Assembly (NCBI GenBank): GCA_964019425.1
Contig: OZ025791.1
Span: 496,001-560,000 of the forward strand
Reading direction: 5' to 3'
From: Flectonema sp. DT1601
Lineage: Eukaryota
DNA: 64,000 bases
This document shows positions 1 to 12,977 of this stretch, piece after piece; within the stretch, counting starts at the first letter, position 1; every line of letters begins with the position of its first letter. A program made the translations under genes and the position numbers. The notes below the pieces were generated by a model. It had not been told where the DNA came from, ran no database searches, and saw nothing but the letters and a program-made list of their open reading frames with translations.

Positions 1-463
1 TGTGAATGTGTCTTGGATCAACGTGAACAAACGGACATGACTGACCTCTAGTGCATGCTCTGACTTCGTGATCTTGGCATAGAGTTCCCTCACCTGATTT
101 TCTGCCCACGGTGTACTCAGTTTTTGAGACTGGAACTCTGATCTTTTCGCCACCAGGCATGCAAAGTACGTTAATTTCAGATTCGTTCTCAGACGATGGG
201 TACATGGCTCTCATCTCAGCGACCTTCTTTCTGCAGGCGTGAATGCTGTTGCACATTTCATGAGCTCTACAAATTCTACCCTGGAACTTTTTGCACAAGA
301 ATACTCTTTTGCATCCTCCTACTCTTCTCTGCTCGAAGTAGATTTGCAGACCCATCGTTGGGAACACTTCGGACTTGGCACCGCCATACTGAAGTTCGTA
401 TCCCTTTTTATTAGTTGGGTCAAATACGGTGATCGATTCGCTGAAAACTGGTAGGGCAGTCAT
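1..463 (-). CDS. CCCH zinc-finger (ZC3H-type) RNA-binding protein, 5' part; runs off the window start
   Basis: Not in the ORF track (no stop in window). Manual translation from ATG at 463: MTALPVFSESITVFDP...LCKKFQGRICRAHEMCNSIH...LCQDHEVRACTRGQSCPFVH, i.e. two C-x7-C-x5-C-x3-H motifs. Confidence 0.8.
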   Translation of the reverse strand, partial: MTALPVFSESITVFDPTNKKGYELQYGGAKSEVFPTMGLQIYFEQRRVGGCKRVFLCKKFQGRICRAHEMCNSIHACRKKVAEMRAMYPSSENESEINVLCMPGGEKIRVPVSKTEYTVGRKSGEGTLCQDHEVRACTRGQSCPFVHVDPRHIH

Positions 464-1224
464 GGTGTGGGTTGTGTGTGTTTGCGAAAGTTACCTAGTT
501 AAAATAAAAATAACTCTAAAACTCTTTTTTGAGACAAAATAATTAGACTTTTCCATAAGCAGCTGAACAAGCATACACAAGATAACCTAAACATCAAAAC
601 CATTGGGACGGGTGTGGGAGGGGACAGGTACAGGTGTGACATCAAGCCACTATAACAAATCACTAATGTTTCTTTTTTGTTCGCAAAATTAACAACACAA
701 CGCTGAAACGAATCACCTGTACATGCGTGATGACATTACGTCTACCGGCTTCTATAATTCAAACAACAAAAACAAAAACAAAAAAAGAACAGCAAGAAAC
801 CCTCTAAAAAGAAGGTAAAGCGTGAGTGAAAAAACACTTCACAAGTAAATCGGGCACTTAATTAGTATACGCCTGATGGGACACAGGAGAGTCACTTATT
901 CGCTCAGCATCGTAGCAGTCTTGGGTTACCAATCTGCTTCATTCATTTCCGTATCAAATATAACGTTCGATACTAGTTTCATTTCATTTATTATTTTTTT
1001 CTTTTTTTTTTCTTTTTATTATAATTTATTATATTTTTTTTACCGAATATTGAGATCTAACTATAAAGCATTAACAAACGAAAAGTAAATAAATAAGAGA
1101 GGTGGGGTAAAATAGAGATACGGGTGAAAAAAGAATGAATTGAACGTACCTTAAAAACACCCCAAAAAGACGTTTTTCTATGCGAGTGAACACAAGAAAC
1201 GAAAACGGTATCCATGATATATTG

Positions 1225-3758
1225 TTAGTACCTCCTTCTTCTGGGACGCACAACATACGGACTGTTTTTTTTTTTTTTTTTTGGTTTTATGATAATTCAA
1301 TTCTGCTTAATCAAGAACATCAAAAGAAAAGACTCACATACCTGCCATAAGATTGAGGGGAGCTTGAAGCATCACTCAAAGTAGCTGTTGTGCGACTTGG
1401 GGTATAAACTGAAGACTCAACAGCTGAAGCTGTATCGCCAACAGATGAGTAGTCAGTCGTGTCATCGTATCGTTGATGTTGTCGGTACGATGATTTTGCA
1501 TGCGGAGGGGATGGAGGGAGGAGCCCGAGATTTTTAGCCTCCTCTCTCAGAGTCTGTGAAAGCGCCGCAAGCTGCTGTTGCACAAACGCCGCTTCCTGCC
1601 TGACATGTCCTGAAGATGACGATGTTATTTTCCTGAATTGACGTATCAGGTTGTCTGCGTGGACAACGCGTTCTCTAAAGACTTCGATTTGTTCATCTCG
1701 CGTAGATTTTCTTTTTGAATGATATCTGTCGGTTGGCTCCTTTGCTGATTGTTTAGGTTTCCGAGACCTGTTGAAGAAGTTGAATATTGACTTCTTACTC
1801 TTCTCATGTCGCTGACTACTTCGCTTCAGATCTTTATTATAAACCGGGTCTTCATTTGAGTGATGTTGTACCCAAAGAGGTTGGTCTTGTTGTGAATGAG
1901 TCAGATGTTGGTCTGATTGAGGCTGTTGCAACTGCTGTTGTGGTTCAGCAGATTGCGGTACCATTGCTGGTGTTGTTTTAGCTCCAACTGTATAAGCTTG
2001 TTGAACTAATCCCATTAGTTGTGAGCAGACATTTCTAAGTCTTCCTAACTCTTCTTCAATGTGATTAATTCTTTTATCATCAGATCCTGAGTTGTTCGTT
2101 TGATTACTCGACTGCCTCAAAGTTTCCAATGCCGAAGGCATCCCCCCTCCTACTGGTGTTGGAGGAGGTAGTAGTCTTCCACCAGTCACATTAGAGTTTG
2201 CACTAAATCTTCTCATCCCTGTTTGAGGGATGCCACTCGACAAGACGGGTTTCTCTTCAGGGTGATAAACTTGTTCATTGATGTACTGTTGCTTGTTTAA
2301 TAAATCCATTTGACTTCTTTGATGAGATGCCAGTTCTTTATGAATCTCTTGGAGTTCTTTTATTTGCTGCACCAGCTGATTTCTGAAAGGTGTCGTACGC
2401 CCCGATCGACTTCCCCCTTCAGACCAGGCGCTGCTGCGGTCATCTCGATGATCCGATTCGTAACGACGCCGACTTATTGGAAGCGATGAGTCTGGTGATC
2501 CTGAGACACCGCGGTTTCTAACATTAATCGGCCCAGGTAAGAAGGGTGAGATACTACCTCCTATTCCTTGTATTTCATTTGGATTCCGACCTACAGATGC
2601 ATCCAATCCTCTCAATCCCGAAGTGTATTGTTGTTGTGATTGTTGCTGCATCATTTGAACAGGTGGTTGCCAACCAGCTTCAATGAGAGCATTCAACTGC
2701 GTCTTATCAACACTTGGAATATGTAATCCAGCAATATTTTCATTATGTTGTTCATGTATTAGTTGAGGTGTTCCCTGACCGTTTACAACTGAAGGGGCAG
2801 CGGAAGAGATGGATGCCGCAGCGGGAGGATGTTGTTCTGGTACTTGAAGTTGACCTCCTCCAGCTTTTGTCTGTGGTGCACCTTGAGAGACATTCGACAC
2901 GTGAGTCAAAGGCGGAGAAACTACAGCTTGGATACCCGGTAGTGGTGGTGGTGGTGGTGGTGGTGCCTGAGGTGGTGCAATCTGAGGAGTAGCAATAACA
3001 GCTGCCTGCATTTCTGGAGTCTGTCGCTGAGAGCTAGCTGCTTGTGATGCTGCCATTATTTCACTTTTCACTCTTTCGAGAACCTGAGCCTGATGATCAA
3101 TCTGCTCTTGTTGCTGTTCAATAATTTCTTCTTGTTGTTGTCTGGCATCCAAATCCTTTTGGTAATCTAACAAATATTGAAAGTTCGCCTTCGTTCCATA
3201 ACGTTCCATTAATCGTACGTGGAATTCCTGTACCATTCCCTTCTCGAGGACTTGTTTGAATTTGCGAGGCATGGCCTCGACGAGCGACTCTTCGTCAGGA
3301 CCGACACACTCACGGTAGTCAACAATTAGTTTTCGGAGAAGGGACGCTAGCGTGGGATCAGCTGCGAAGAAGCCATCGCAAGCATCCGCGTAAGTCTCCG
3401 TGGATTTGGCTACTGGTGGTGGGGCTGGTGAAGAACTCTTAGGTGTCTGAGGTGGTGTTGATGCCTCCGGAGGGTTCTTTTCTAAATATTTTGCCCATTC
3501 ATCAAGAAATTTCATCTCCTTCTTCATGTCAGGAAAGTTCTTAAGTAATCTTTCCTTTACAGCTAATGGATTGTTTTTAAACTGCGGTTTCTGCAATATC
3601 GAATCTCCATTTTCTGCTCGCTTTTGTATCGTCTCCTTCATCTTCGGATCTTTTATCTTCTTAGATGCCTTCAAGTGAAATTCATTTAACTTCTTCACCA
3701 TCTCCTTGTCAGAGAATTTGCTTTTTTCCTTATCATCTTTCTTTTTATCCTTACCCAT
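1225..3758 (-). CDS. Hypothetical Pro/Gln/Ser-rich low-complexity protein with coiled-coil segments; 2 exons
   Basis: Long ORF, first ATG at 3758 (MGKDKKK). A likely intron 1262-1341 (GTATG...AAACAG) adds terminal exon SPYVVRPRRRRY*. No recognisable domain. Confidence 0.7.
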
Positions 3759-3930
3759 TGTTACGGCCAAAAGGGGGGTTACCCCCGCCCACTTGCCCTG
3801 TTTAGAAAAAAAGTAATAGAAATGAAAATACTTTAACGCAACTTTCGATGAATAAAGATTCTGACGAACGTTTCAACAGGCTCTGATAATGAGGATAATC
3901 AACGGAATAAATGATCTTAAACGGAGGACT

Positions 3931-4854
3931 CTATTCTTCCTTCACAGTACGACCTTTCCATGGGGGTAGTCCACCCTTTGAGATGATACCTTTTGAGGTG
4001 TTTAATTCATTCTCCATTTGTCTGTACCACGACGTTTTAGAAAAACTTGAAATACATCCAAAAATTGAAAGCGAGAAATCAATCAAGAAGAGTCTAACAA
4101 CAGCTGATGGAACATCTCGTTTTTCTGATAAAATTGTGAGAAGTAAATCATAGCAGGGGAGCTGATCATCAGATAATGGTGGTTGGATGTATGAGAACTT
4201 AAGAGGTGTGAAACCAAGTCTGGAAAGTATCTTGTGTCGCACAGTCGAGTCCATAACACAGTCTTCTACTCCTTCAGCATTTGTTTCAGCAAAGAACAGA
4301 CTCAAACCTGACTTGTAATTATTTATATTTGACATCATAAATTGATGTTCATCAGATGACATCATTTTCGATACTTCCAATAAAAGTGATTCGTTCTTCT
4401 CATTAACTGGTGCTCTTGAGATCATCTCCAACCAGTTGCCGTTAGTGTTGTTGTTGGGTTTAGAAAGACGATTTGATGCTTCTTGGCAGGTTCTTTCAGC
4501 TAATGTGATAAGCGACTTAGCGAATCCACTTTTTCTGTAATTATCAGCCACCGCTATGTATGAAATCAAACAGCTGTTTGACATTTTATAATACTCGAAA
4601 ACGATTCCTCCAATTATTTCTTTTCCTTCCTTGTCAGAGTAACCGACTACGACGTGTAGTTCGACTGCGTGGTCTTCGAATGAAGTAACCTTTTCTGGAT
4701 CTAACACGTCTTCCCAAACTTCTAACGGATCGAGCTCGTCTTCGATAGGAAAGTTTTTCTTCATAAAAGTATCATAAAAATATTTCAATGCCTCTCCGTC
4801 ATATGAATCCCGGTAGTTAATAACTCTTGCACATCCTTCTAAGGTGCATGACAT
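3931..4854 (-). CDS. GNAT-fold acetyltransferase-like protein
   Basis: Probable start MSCTLEG at 4854. IIGGIVFEYY...CLISYIAVADNYRKSGFAKSL resembles GNAT motif A (V..xxRxxGxA). Confidence 0.6.
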   Translation of the reverse strand: MSCTLEGCARVINYRDSYDGEALKYFYDTFMKKNFPIEDELDPLEVWEDVLDPEKVTSFEDHAVELHVVVGYSDKEGKEIIGGIVFEYYKMSNSCLISYIAVADNYRKSGFAKSLITLAERTCQEASNRLSKPNNNTNGNWLEMISRAPVNEKNESLLLEVSKMMSSDEHQFMMSNINNYKSGLSLFFAETNAEGVEDCVMDSTVRHKILSRLGFTPLKFSYIQPPLSDDQLPCYDLLLTILSEKRDVPSAVVRLFLIDFSLSIFGCISSFSKTSWYRQMENELNTSKGIISKGGLPPWKGRTVKEE

Positions 4855-5073
4855 CTTTTTATATAAACTAAATGAGATAATAAATAATAAAAAGAGAACC
4901 TCCCCATAATACTCGACTATTATTATTCTCATGAGTACAAAGTAAGTCGTTCAACAGAAATGCTAACATGTTTTGAAACTCTCGCAGTCTTTCGGAGAGT
5001 AATCGGACGATGGAAACGAATAAACGAAACTAAAATATATAAACTAAACAAAATAAGGAGCCACGACTGGCTA

Positions 5074-8000
5074 TTACGATAGTAATGAAGGGCTATTTCT
5101 GTATGCTTCTTTAACTTCCTGTGCACTAAGTTCTAGCAGAGAAACTAATATTGGCATCACAGCGGCTTTAACTTCTGATGGGCTAACTAGAAATTGTGTT
5201 ATGACACTCTGTTGGGTTTTTATTTTTTAATTTTATTAGGAAACAAAAAATACAACGTAGAAGCAGTCTTAAAAACACACACCTTCAGATATTTATCATT
5301 CGTCCCATCGTTGAGGGTATTCTTCTTTGTAAGCCGAACTTTTAAATCCTCACACTGCGAAGTGAGTGATACGATTTGCTGTTGAGCATTGCTAACGTCT
5401 TGTTGGAAGCCATGAGTTTTTTCTTTCCATTGTTGTTCCATTATCCAATATTTTTCTAGTTCGTCTTGTAGTTCGAATACTCTACCAGATTGCTGTGAAT
5501 CTCCAGCGGCTTGTAATTGACCAATTTCAGCTTCATGGGTTTCCTTTAGTTTGGCGATGCTATTTACAGAGTCGGTGTAGCTCTTTTGTAGAGATTCAGT
5601 TTTCTGTGACATAGAAATATTTTCTGCTAAGAGACGATCACAGGTTCCCTGAAAACCTGTTATTTTATCTTCAGATGTAAGCAAGTCAGATCGTAGTGAA
5701 AGTACTTCTGATTGGGTATTTTGAAGTGATTGAATTAGAGTGTGTTCGTGGTCTTGCATTTCTGCTTTTTTACTCATAACGTCCACCTCATGCATCTCTT
5801 GTAGTTTTATGATTTCCAGATCGTGTTGCTCCTTTAAACTGTACTTCTGATCAGTAAACTCCGCTTGCTTAAGTTGAATTAATTTTTTAGTTTCTTGTTC
5901 AATACTCGATAGTTGCTCTTCCTGTTGTTGGGATGAACGTTTCTTTTGTTCTTCATAGAGTGTTGCTTCTCGACGAAGCTCTGATATTTCTTTGTGAAGA
6001 CGCTCACAATCTTGATTGACGTTACTACTAGTCTTGGTGTGGTCATCAAGCTGTTCCTGTAGTTTAGAACACTCTGCTTTTACGTTTGATAAAGTCTGTT
6101 CACGCATCTGTAAAGCCATTAAATTAACTTTTTTAAATCTGTCGTGTTCCGCCTTAGCCGCTTCCATCTCAGTTTGATACTCAGCCGCCTTGTCTTCACA
6201 ATACTTATGTGCTTTAAGTTTAACTTTTTCAATCTTGGATTTTAATTTTACTACTTCATTAGTTTTATCTTCTATCTGAAGGCTACTCACTTCATCATTT
6301 AAGTCCTGTATGAGGGACGCTTGTTTCTTCTCTTTCTCTTCCATGACAGCTTCCAAGTTATTATTCTCTTGAGTCAATGACTGAAGTTGTTTTACTAATT
6401 CCTCGTTGCTGAGTTTGAGCTGTTCGAGTTCGTTGGTAATTTTCTCACTTTCTGCGTTTTCTGACTTACAGTTTTCCTCTAATTGTGATATCTGTTGTGT
6501 TAATGAAGTGTTTGCAGCGGTTGCTTCAGTTAGTTCTGAGAGGTGCTTCGCATTGTCACACTTTAGTTGATCGCATGTAGAGATCATTTCGGATAGTTTG
6601 TTGTTGAATTGATGTTCATCTTCGTTTGATGATGACTGAAGATTCAATACTTCTGACTTCAGCTGATTGCACATTTCAGTTGCTTCACTCAGAAGTCGTT
6701 CTCCTTCGCTTGAAGACTGTTTAAGTTCTGAAAGTTGTTTTACTAAATCATCGTTCGTTTCTTTAGAATGGGACAACTCTGATTTCAATTTCTGACCTTC
6801 CGCGACTGCATTTTGTGTAGTTTCGATGTGTTTTTGTAGATTTAGAGTTTTCTCTTCATCATTCGTTTCCGCAGATGATTTTATTTGATATAGCTGTTCA
6901 CGAATTAACTCAGTCTGTTGCTTTGTTTCCTCAAGTTGTTCAGATAAATTAGTAATTTCTGCGGTGGAGTTATTTAATTGTTTTGTCAGGTTGCTGTTTT
7001 CATTTTCCAGTTCCGACGTCTTCTCGTTAAGGGTGTCAATAGTCGAATTTAGGTCGGTAATATCAGCGCATTTTGCGTTCAGTTCGAACCCAAGTGATGT
7101 CATTTCTTGTGTTTTTGTTTTTATCGATGATTCGAGTGATTTAATAATCTCTGCATACTTTTCATCTAAATCACGTTCTAAATCAGCTGCGGATTCATTT
7201 TGCTTAAAGCTTTCGATCTCTATCTCCAGGGAGGCTATTTTTTCTGAAAGCGAGTTATTTTCTTCTTCTAATAATGTGCACTGTTCCACCAACGAGTCAT
7301 GGTTATTATTGTCAACGCTTGTCTCAGTTTCACTTTTTAAAAGATCACATTGCTGTTGCAAGCTAACTATCTGATCATAGAGTTCTGCTGCTTGGTGATC
7401 ACCACAATCCTGAAGCTCAGATATAATTTTATTATTTACTTCATTGTGAGATTTTATATATTCCAGTTCACAACGCAAATGAGCATTCTCATCCTCTAAG
7501 GGAACACTTGTCTTGGAAAGAGTTTCATTTGAGTGCCTCGTACTTGATAATTGTTCCTGCAGACTATCATTGGCTGAGCTAGTATTCTCTAATTCTTGTT
7601 TCAGTCTTTCTATTTCGTTGCTGAGGATCTTTTCAGCGTCGGATTGGCTTCCCTGCGTTTCCCTCAAAATTCGAATTTCATCACGACAGCTGTCAGTTTC
7701 ACGTTTCGCAGATTGCAGCGCTTCCTCAGATTCACATACTCGAGTTGATAGATCGGTAGCGTTTGAGGTGGCTTCCGTGAGCTTTGATGAGAGGTCCGCA
7801 TTCTCAACTTTTAAACCCTCCAAAGACTCATCACTGCCTGTCAAACATTCCTTCTGGTGTCGAAGCTCTGTTTGTATGGCTGATAGATTCTCTGTGTGAG
7901 TTGAATTAATTTGTTGTAATTCTGACACTTGCTCTGTCAGAGATATAATCTCATCGGACTTCTGTTCGATTTCGCGATCTTTCGTGACTAATAATTCTGT

Positions 8001-9227
8001 CGTGTTGTCACCGTTGGTATTATTGTGTGACAGTTGTTGACTGAGGTCGTCACATTTCTGTTGAAGTTGAGAATTGCTGGCAGCTGATTTCTGTTCTTGC
8101 GTTTCAAGGGAGGTTATGAATTCATCTTTTTCAGAAATCTCCAACTTGAGAGAATCGCTCTCCTGTTGCAGTTGTTGCAGAGTGTTGCTAGTGGTTGTTT
8201 TCTCTTCTGCTAATGACGTAATCTCATTCTGAAGTAAGAGGATCTGTTTTTCATTTTCAATTAACTGCTGCTGGTTACTTCCTCCTTCAGCTGTGAATGA
8301 TTGGATCTGGTCCTGAAGTTGTTCTAGTTTACTCGCAGTGGTTGCTCTCTCTTCGTTGAGTGAAGATATATCACCCTGAAGGACCTCAATCTGTGAGTCC
8401 TTACTCAAAAGTTGCTGTTTTATAGTTTCTCTTTCAGCTGTGAACGTTTGAATTTGGTTCTCATTCTCAGAGAGTTTTACTTCTAAAAGTTTGATTTGAT
8501 GGGAATCTTCATTCTCACAACTTTGTTGTGATTTTAACTTCTCTTCCAATTCCCTTATTTTAGAATCTCTAGTAGATAAATCAATATTAAATTGTTCCTT
8601 TAATTCACTCAAATTTTCCTGAAAAGAAGCATCCTTTAAAGTAAGTTGATTCTTAAGAGTCTCTGCTAGTGTGTTGAGGGTGTCATCAGCTTCATTATTT
8701 GATTGAAGTTTCTTTATTTCATCGTTGGCATCATCAAGGGATTGTTGTAATTGGTTTACTGCTAATTGTTCACTGTTGTTGTTGGATTTTAAATCATCAT
8801 TTTGTTGTTGTAGATGTTGGATTTCAGTTCGAAGGGTTTCCGCTTCAGTTGATAAAGTCGTAGTCAAGTGTTGTAAGGAATCGTTTGATGCTTGTTTGAA
8901 GTCGGAGTATTCTTCTTTAACTTTTGATAACTCAACTGTGAGTTGTTCAATCTCTTGACCCTTTATTCCCATTAACAATTCTAACTCTTCTCCGCTATCA
9001 GTTTTGGTATTACTCATTCCTGAAATTTCTTCCTTCAATTGCTGCACTAGTACTGTAGATTCTTGCTTGTGTTTTCTCAGTTCTACTATTTCAGCTCGCT
9101 CTTTATTTATTATGTCCTCCATAGTAACTTTCCACTTATCCATCTTTGCCTTTAACTTAGAAGTTTCCTTCTTCGACTTCTGCAAGGCATTGCGAAGTTC
9201 CTCCGCATTTTCTTCAGTGTCAGCCAT
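5074..9227 (-). CDS. Golgin-like long coiled-coil protein with C-terminal GRIP domain; 2 exons
   Basis: About 1300 aa of E/Q/K/L heptads from MADTEEN (9227). Removing intron 5209-5282 (GTGTG...CAACAG) gives DKYLK|SVITQFLVSPSEVKAAVMPILVSLLELSAQEVKEAY, matching the GRIP pattern YLKxVxxxFL...hhPhhxxhLxhsxxE. Confidence 0.8.
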
Positions 9228-9579
9228 TTTAGATTCCTGAAAGTAGAACATAATATCGAATTTTTTACATACAGATCGTGTAACTATACTTTGGTATCAA
9301 GAAAAAGAAAACAATCGAAGGCACAAGGGCCATTGCCAAGCTGTCGAGTTAGGCTTGCACACAGAGATACGAGTTACTAACACAAATCGAACACTCGTCA
9401 TTAAATGGTATCGAGAAAAGAAAACTCAATCCTCATAGAATTATCAGGTTTGATACAAACGGTGACATACAAGACCAGCTGTACTGTTGTATATTTCACC
9501 GAATGGAACAAAAAGATAATAAAAACACTAACGTTAATTTTGGAGAGGAAATAATTATAGAACAACCCTCAACAACATT

Positions 9580-10098
9580 CTATTCAGCACTTCCCTCAAT
9601 CTCAACAGAGAGGAGAACCTTTCCAGCAGCATCCTTGGCGATGGCAGTTCCCTTGAAGGAAACCTTCACCGGAAGTGGTGAGCTGATTGGAAGAGCGATG
9701 ACGGTGGAGTTCTTGTACGCACCAGCTGGGGCTAATGGGCACGGTGGCATAGCAACGTTGATGTCCTTCTTCACAATTGGGACGGTGAAGCTGCAGTTAG
9801 CTCCACAGACTGGGCAGTTGGCCTTGAATGGAATAAATCCGTCAATCTTCATGTCAATATCAACAGTAGCTCCAGTAGTGATAGCTTCTGGAAGGTTAGC
9901 AGTAACGGTTCCTGTGTAGTTGCTTCCCCACTTCAGATCACAGTTGTTTGATCCGTACATGTCATGACCAGTACATCCTGATGACAGGTCAACCTCTCCG
10001 GTAGCTCCAGGAAGGACAGCGTTGACAGTTCTCGAGACGATGATGTCAGCGCTGGCGGTGGCCAGAACGGCGAAGGCGGCGATGGCGGTCTTCATCAT
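9580..10098 (-). CDS. Secreted 172-aa Cys-containing beta-rich protein, ML/NPC2-like lipid-binding; copy 1 of 4
   Basis: Signal peptide MMKTAIAAFAVLATASA, 6 Cys, PPCPLAPAG and alternating beta-strand pattern like ML domains. The family call is by resemblance only. Confidence 0.6.
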   Translation of the reverse strand: MMKTAIAAFAVLATASADIIVSRTVNAVLPGATGEVDLSSGCTGHDMYGSNNCDLKWGSNYTGTVTANLPEAITTGATVDIDMKIDGFIPFKANCPVCGANCSFTVPIVKKDINVAMPPCPLAPAGAYKNSTVIALPISSPLPVKVSFKGTAIAKDAAGKVLLSVEIEGSAE

Positions 10099-10547
10099 TT
10101 TGATAAGGGTGTTGAGTGTGTTTGAAATGCTGTGTAAAATTATTAATTATTCACAGCCACGGCTACCAACTCATACCACGACGATTACATGCCACTGCGT
10201 AAAGGGAAAAGGTCTGCGCGTTTCTGTTTTTTCAAATGAAATAGTTTCCAGTTAGAATACCATTTCACTTGTTATAAAAGTAATTATTTTTGCTAAAATT
10301 CGTAATATAAATAAACCAGCTAACACATATATTTTCTCCCAACGTATGCAACTCAACAAAACAACACAACACAAGTGATCACCAATCAAAAGGTTTTGTT
10401 TCAGGAGCATTCCGTTGAAGAATAAGCACGAAAGACACTTGGATTAGGATGGAAGGAGGAAAACAGAAAAACTGTCACCAACACACTCCTAACCAAAGCT
10501 TAATAAACACAAGGGAGGAAAATCGGAATTTGAAAAAGTTTTGAAGC

Positions 10548-11066
10548 CTATTCAGCACTTCCCTCAATCTCAACAGAGAGGAGAACCTTTCCAGCAGCAT
10601 CCTTGGCGATGGCAGTTCCCTTGAAGGAAACCTTCACCGGAAGTGGTGAGCTGATTGGAAGAGCGATGACGGTGGAGTTCTTGTACGCACCAGCTGGGGC
10701 TAATGGGCACGGTGGCATAGCAACGTTGATGTCCTTCTTCACAATTGGGACGGTGAAGCTGCAGTTAGCTCCACAGACTGGGCAGTTGGCCTTGAATGGA
10801 ATAAATCCGTCAATCTTCATGTCAATATCAACAGTAGCTCCAGTAGTGATAGCTTCTGGAAGGTTAGCAGTAACAGTACCTGTGTAGTTGCTTCCCCACT
10901 TCAGATCACAGTTGTTTGATCCGTACATGTCATGACCAGTACATCCTGATGACAGGTCAACCTCTCCAGTAGCTCCAGGAAGGACAGCGTTGACAGTTCT
11001 CGAGACGATGATGTCAGCGCTGGCGGTGGCCAGAACGGCGAAGGCGGCGATGGCGGTCTTCATCAT
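10548..11066 (-). CDS. Secreted ML/NPC2-like protein; copy 2 of 4
   Basis: Protein identical to copy 1. Start taken at MMKT rather than the upstream alternative start in the ORF track. Confidence 0.6.
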   Translation of the reverse strand: MMKTAIAAFAVLATASADIIVSRTVNAVLPGATGEVDLSSGCTGHDMYGSNNCDLKWGSNYTGTVTANLPEAITTGATVDIDMKIDGFIPFKANCPVCGANCSFTVPIVKKDINVAMPPCPLAPAGAYKNSTVIALPISSPLPVKVSFKGTAIAKDAAGKVLLSVEIEGSAE

Positions 11067-11571
11067 TTTGATAAGGGTGTTGAGTGTTAAGCAAAGAAGG
11101 CTGTTGGTAAAATAGAATAGAATACGTACAGAACACTTCAACATATCAATATTCAATAACGAGAAACACAAGCACGTCTGCGCAAAGCAATTCTAAGAAA
11201 AGCTGTCGCATCAAAAATGATACATTTTACGAATTCTCAACATTCACCGAAGCAATCTGACCTAACAACAGAATCGCTTCACAAAGTTTCAAAAAGCGAC
11301 CCCGCTGAAGGAAAAACTCTTTAAGTTATTGTTCAGTGCTCACTTTATAAGTAGTAAATCAATAGGATTATTTTTCGGTTTACTAAATTAATTAAAGAAG
11401 AGGTAAATTGATGTAAGAAGAGGAGTGAAACTCTGACAATATAAAAACAGTAACAACTTTCTGCATTAATACAAAATTAATATCAAGTACTTGACTGAAA
11501 AGAATACCAGTAGTTGTTAATCAAAGAAAGGGACGTTTAGAAAAAAAAGAAGGGAAAGAAAGTTTTGAAGC

Positions 11572-12090
11572 CTATTCAGCACTTCCCTCAATCTCAACAG
11601 AGAGGAGAACCTTTCCAGCAGCATCCTTGGCGATGGCAGTTCCCTTGAAAGAAACCTTCACCGGAAGTGGTGAGCTGATTGGAAGAGCGATGACGGTGGA
11701 GTTCTTGTACGCACCAGCTGGGGCTAATGGGCACGGTGGCATAGCAACGTTGATGTCCTTCTTCACAATTGGGACGGTGAAGCTGCAGTTAGCTCCACAG
11801 ACTGGGCAGTTGGCCTTGAATGGAATAAATCCGTCAATCTTCATGTCAATATCAACAGTAGCTCCAGTAGTGATAGCTTCTGGAAGGTTAGCAGTAACAG
11901 TACCTGTGTAGTTGCTTCCCCACTTCAGATCACAGTTGTTTGATCCGTACATGTCATGACCAGTACATCCTGATGACAGGTCAACCTCTCCGGTAGCTCC
12001 AGGAAGGACAGCGTTGACAGTTCTCGAGACGATGATGTCAGCACTGGCAGTGGCCAGAACGGCGAAGGCGGCGATGGCGGTCTTCATCAT
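11572..12090 (-). CDS. Secreted ML/NPC2-like protein; copy 3 of 4
   Basis: Protein identical to copy 1, with a few synonymous differences. Confidence 0.6.
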   Translation of the reverse strand: MMKTAIAAFAVLATASADIIVSRTVNAVLPGATGEVDLSSGCTGHDMYGSNNCDLKWGSNYTGTVTANLPEAITTGATVDIDMKIDGFIPFKANCPVCGANCSFTVPIVKKDINVAMPPCPLAPAGAYKNSTVIALPISSPLPVKVSFKGTAIAKDAAGKVLLSVEIEGSAE

Positions 12091-12458
12091 TTTGATAAGG
12101 GTGTTGAGTGTTAAGCAAAGAAGGCTGTTGGTAAAATAGAATAGAATACGTACAGAACACTTCAACATATCAATATTCAATAACGAGAAACACAAGCACG
12201 TCTGCGCAAAGCAATTCTAAGAAAAGCTGTCGCATCAAAAATGATACATTTTACGAATTCTCAACATTCACCGAAGCAATCTGACCTAACAACAGAATCG
12301 CTTCACGAAGTTTCAAAAAGCGACTCTGCTGAATAAGCTATAGCTAGTGCTCATTTTGTAAGCAGCTACGACAATAGAGCCCCTACGTTGAGTCTGATTT
12401 TTCGGCTTCCAGCTGACTACTAAATAAATTAAAGAAGAGGGAAAAAAAGTTTTGAAGC

Positions 12459-12977
12459 CTATTCAGCACTTCCCTCAATCTCAACAGAGAGGAGAACCTT
12501 TCCAGCAGCATCCTTGGCGATGGCAGTTCCCTTGAAGGAAACCTTCACCGGAAGTGGTGAGCTGATTGGAAGAGCGATGACGGTGGAGTTCTTGTACGCA
12601 CCAGCTGGGGCTAATGGGCACGGTGGCATAGCAACGTTGATGTCCTTCTTCACAATTGGGACGGTGAAGCTGCAGTTAGCTCCACAGACTGGGCAGTTGG
12701 CCTTGAATGGAATAAATCCGTCAATCTTCATGTCAATATCAACAGTAGCTCCAGTAGTGATAGCTTCTGGAAGGTTAGCAGTAACGGTTCCTGTGTAGTT
12801 GCTTCCCCACTTCAGATCACAGTTGTTTGATCCGTACATGTCATGACCAGTACATCCTGATGACAGGTCAACCTCTCCGGTAGCTCCAGGAAGGACAGCG
12901 TTGACAGTTCTCGAGACGATGATGTCAGCGCTGGCGGTGGCCAGAACGGCGAAGGCGGCGATGGCGGTCTTCATCAT
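12459..12977 (-). CDS. Secreted ML/NPC2-like protein; copy 4 of 4
   Basis: Protein identical to copy 1. Confidence 0.6.
   Translation of the reverse strand: MMKTAIAAFAVLATASADIIVSRTVNAVLPGATGEVDLSSGCTGHDMYGSNNCDLKWGSNYTGTVTANLPEAITTGATVDIDMKIDGFIPFKANCPVCGANCSFTVPIVKKDINVAMPPCPLAPAGAYKNSTVIALPISSPLPVKVSFKGTAIAKDAAGKVLLSVEIEGSAE

Noticed and set aside
10548..12195. N-terminally extended 207-aa versions of copies 2 and 3
   Set aside because: The extension starts at a non-ATG codon, is absent from copies 1 and 4, and would bury the signal peptide.
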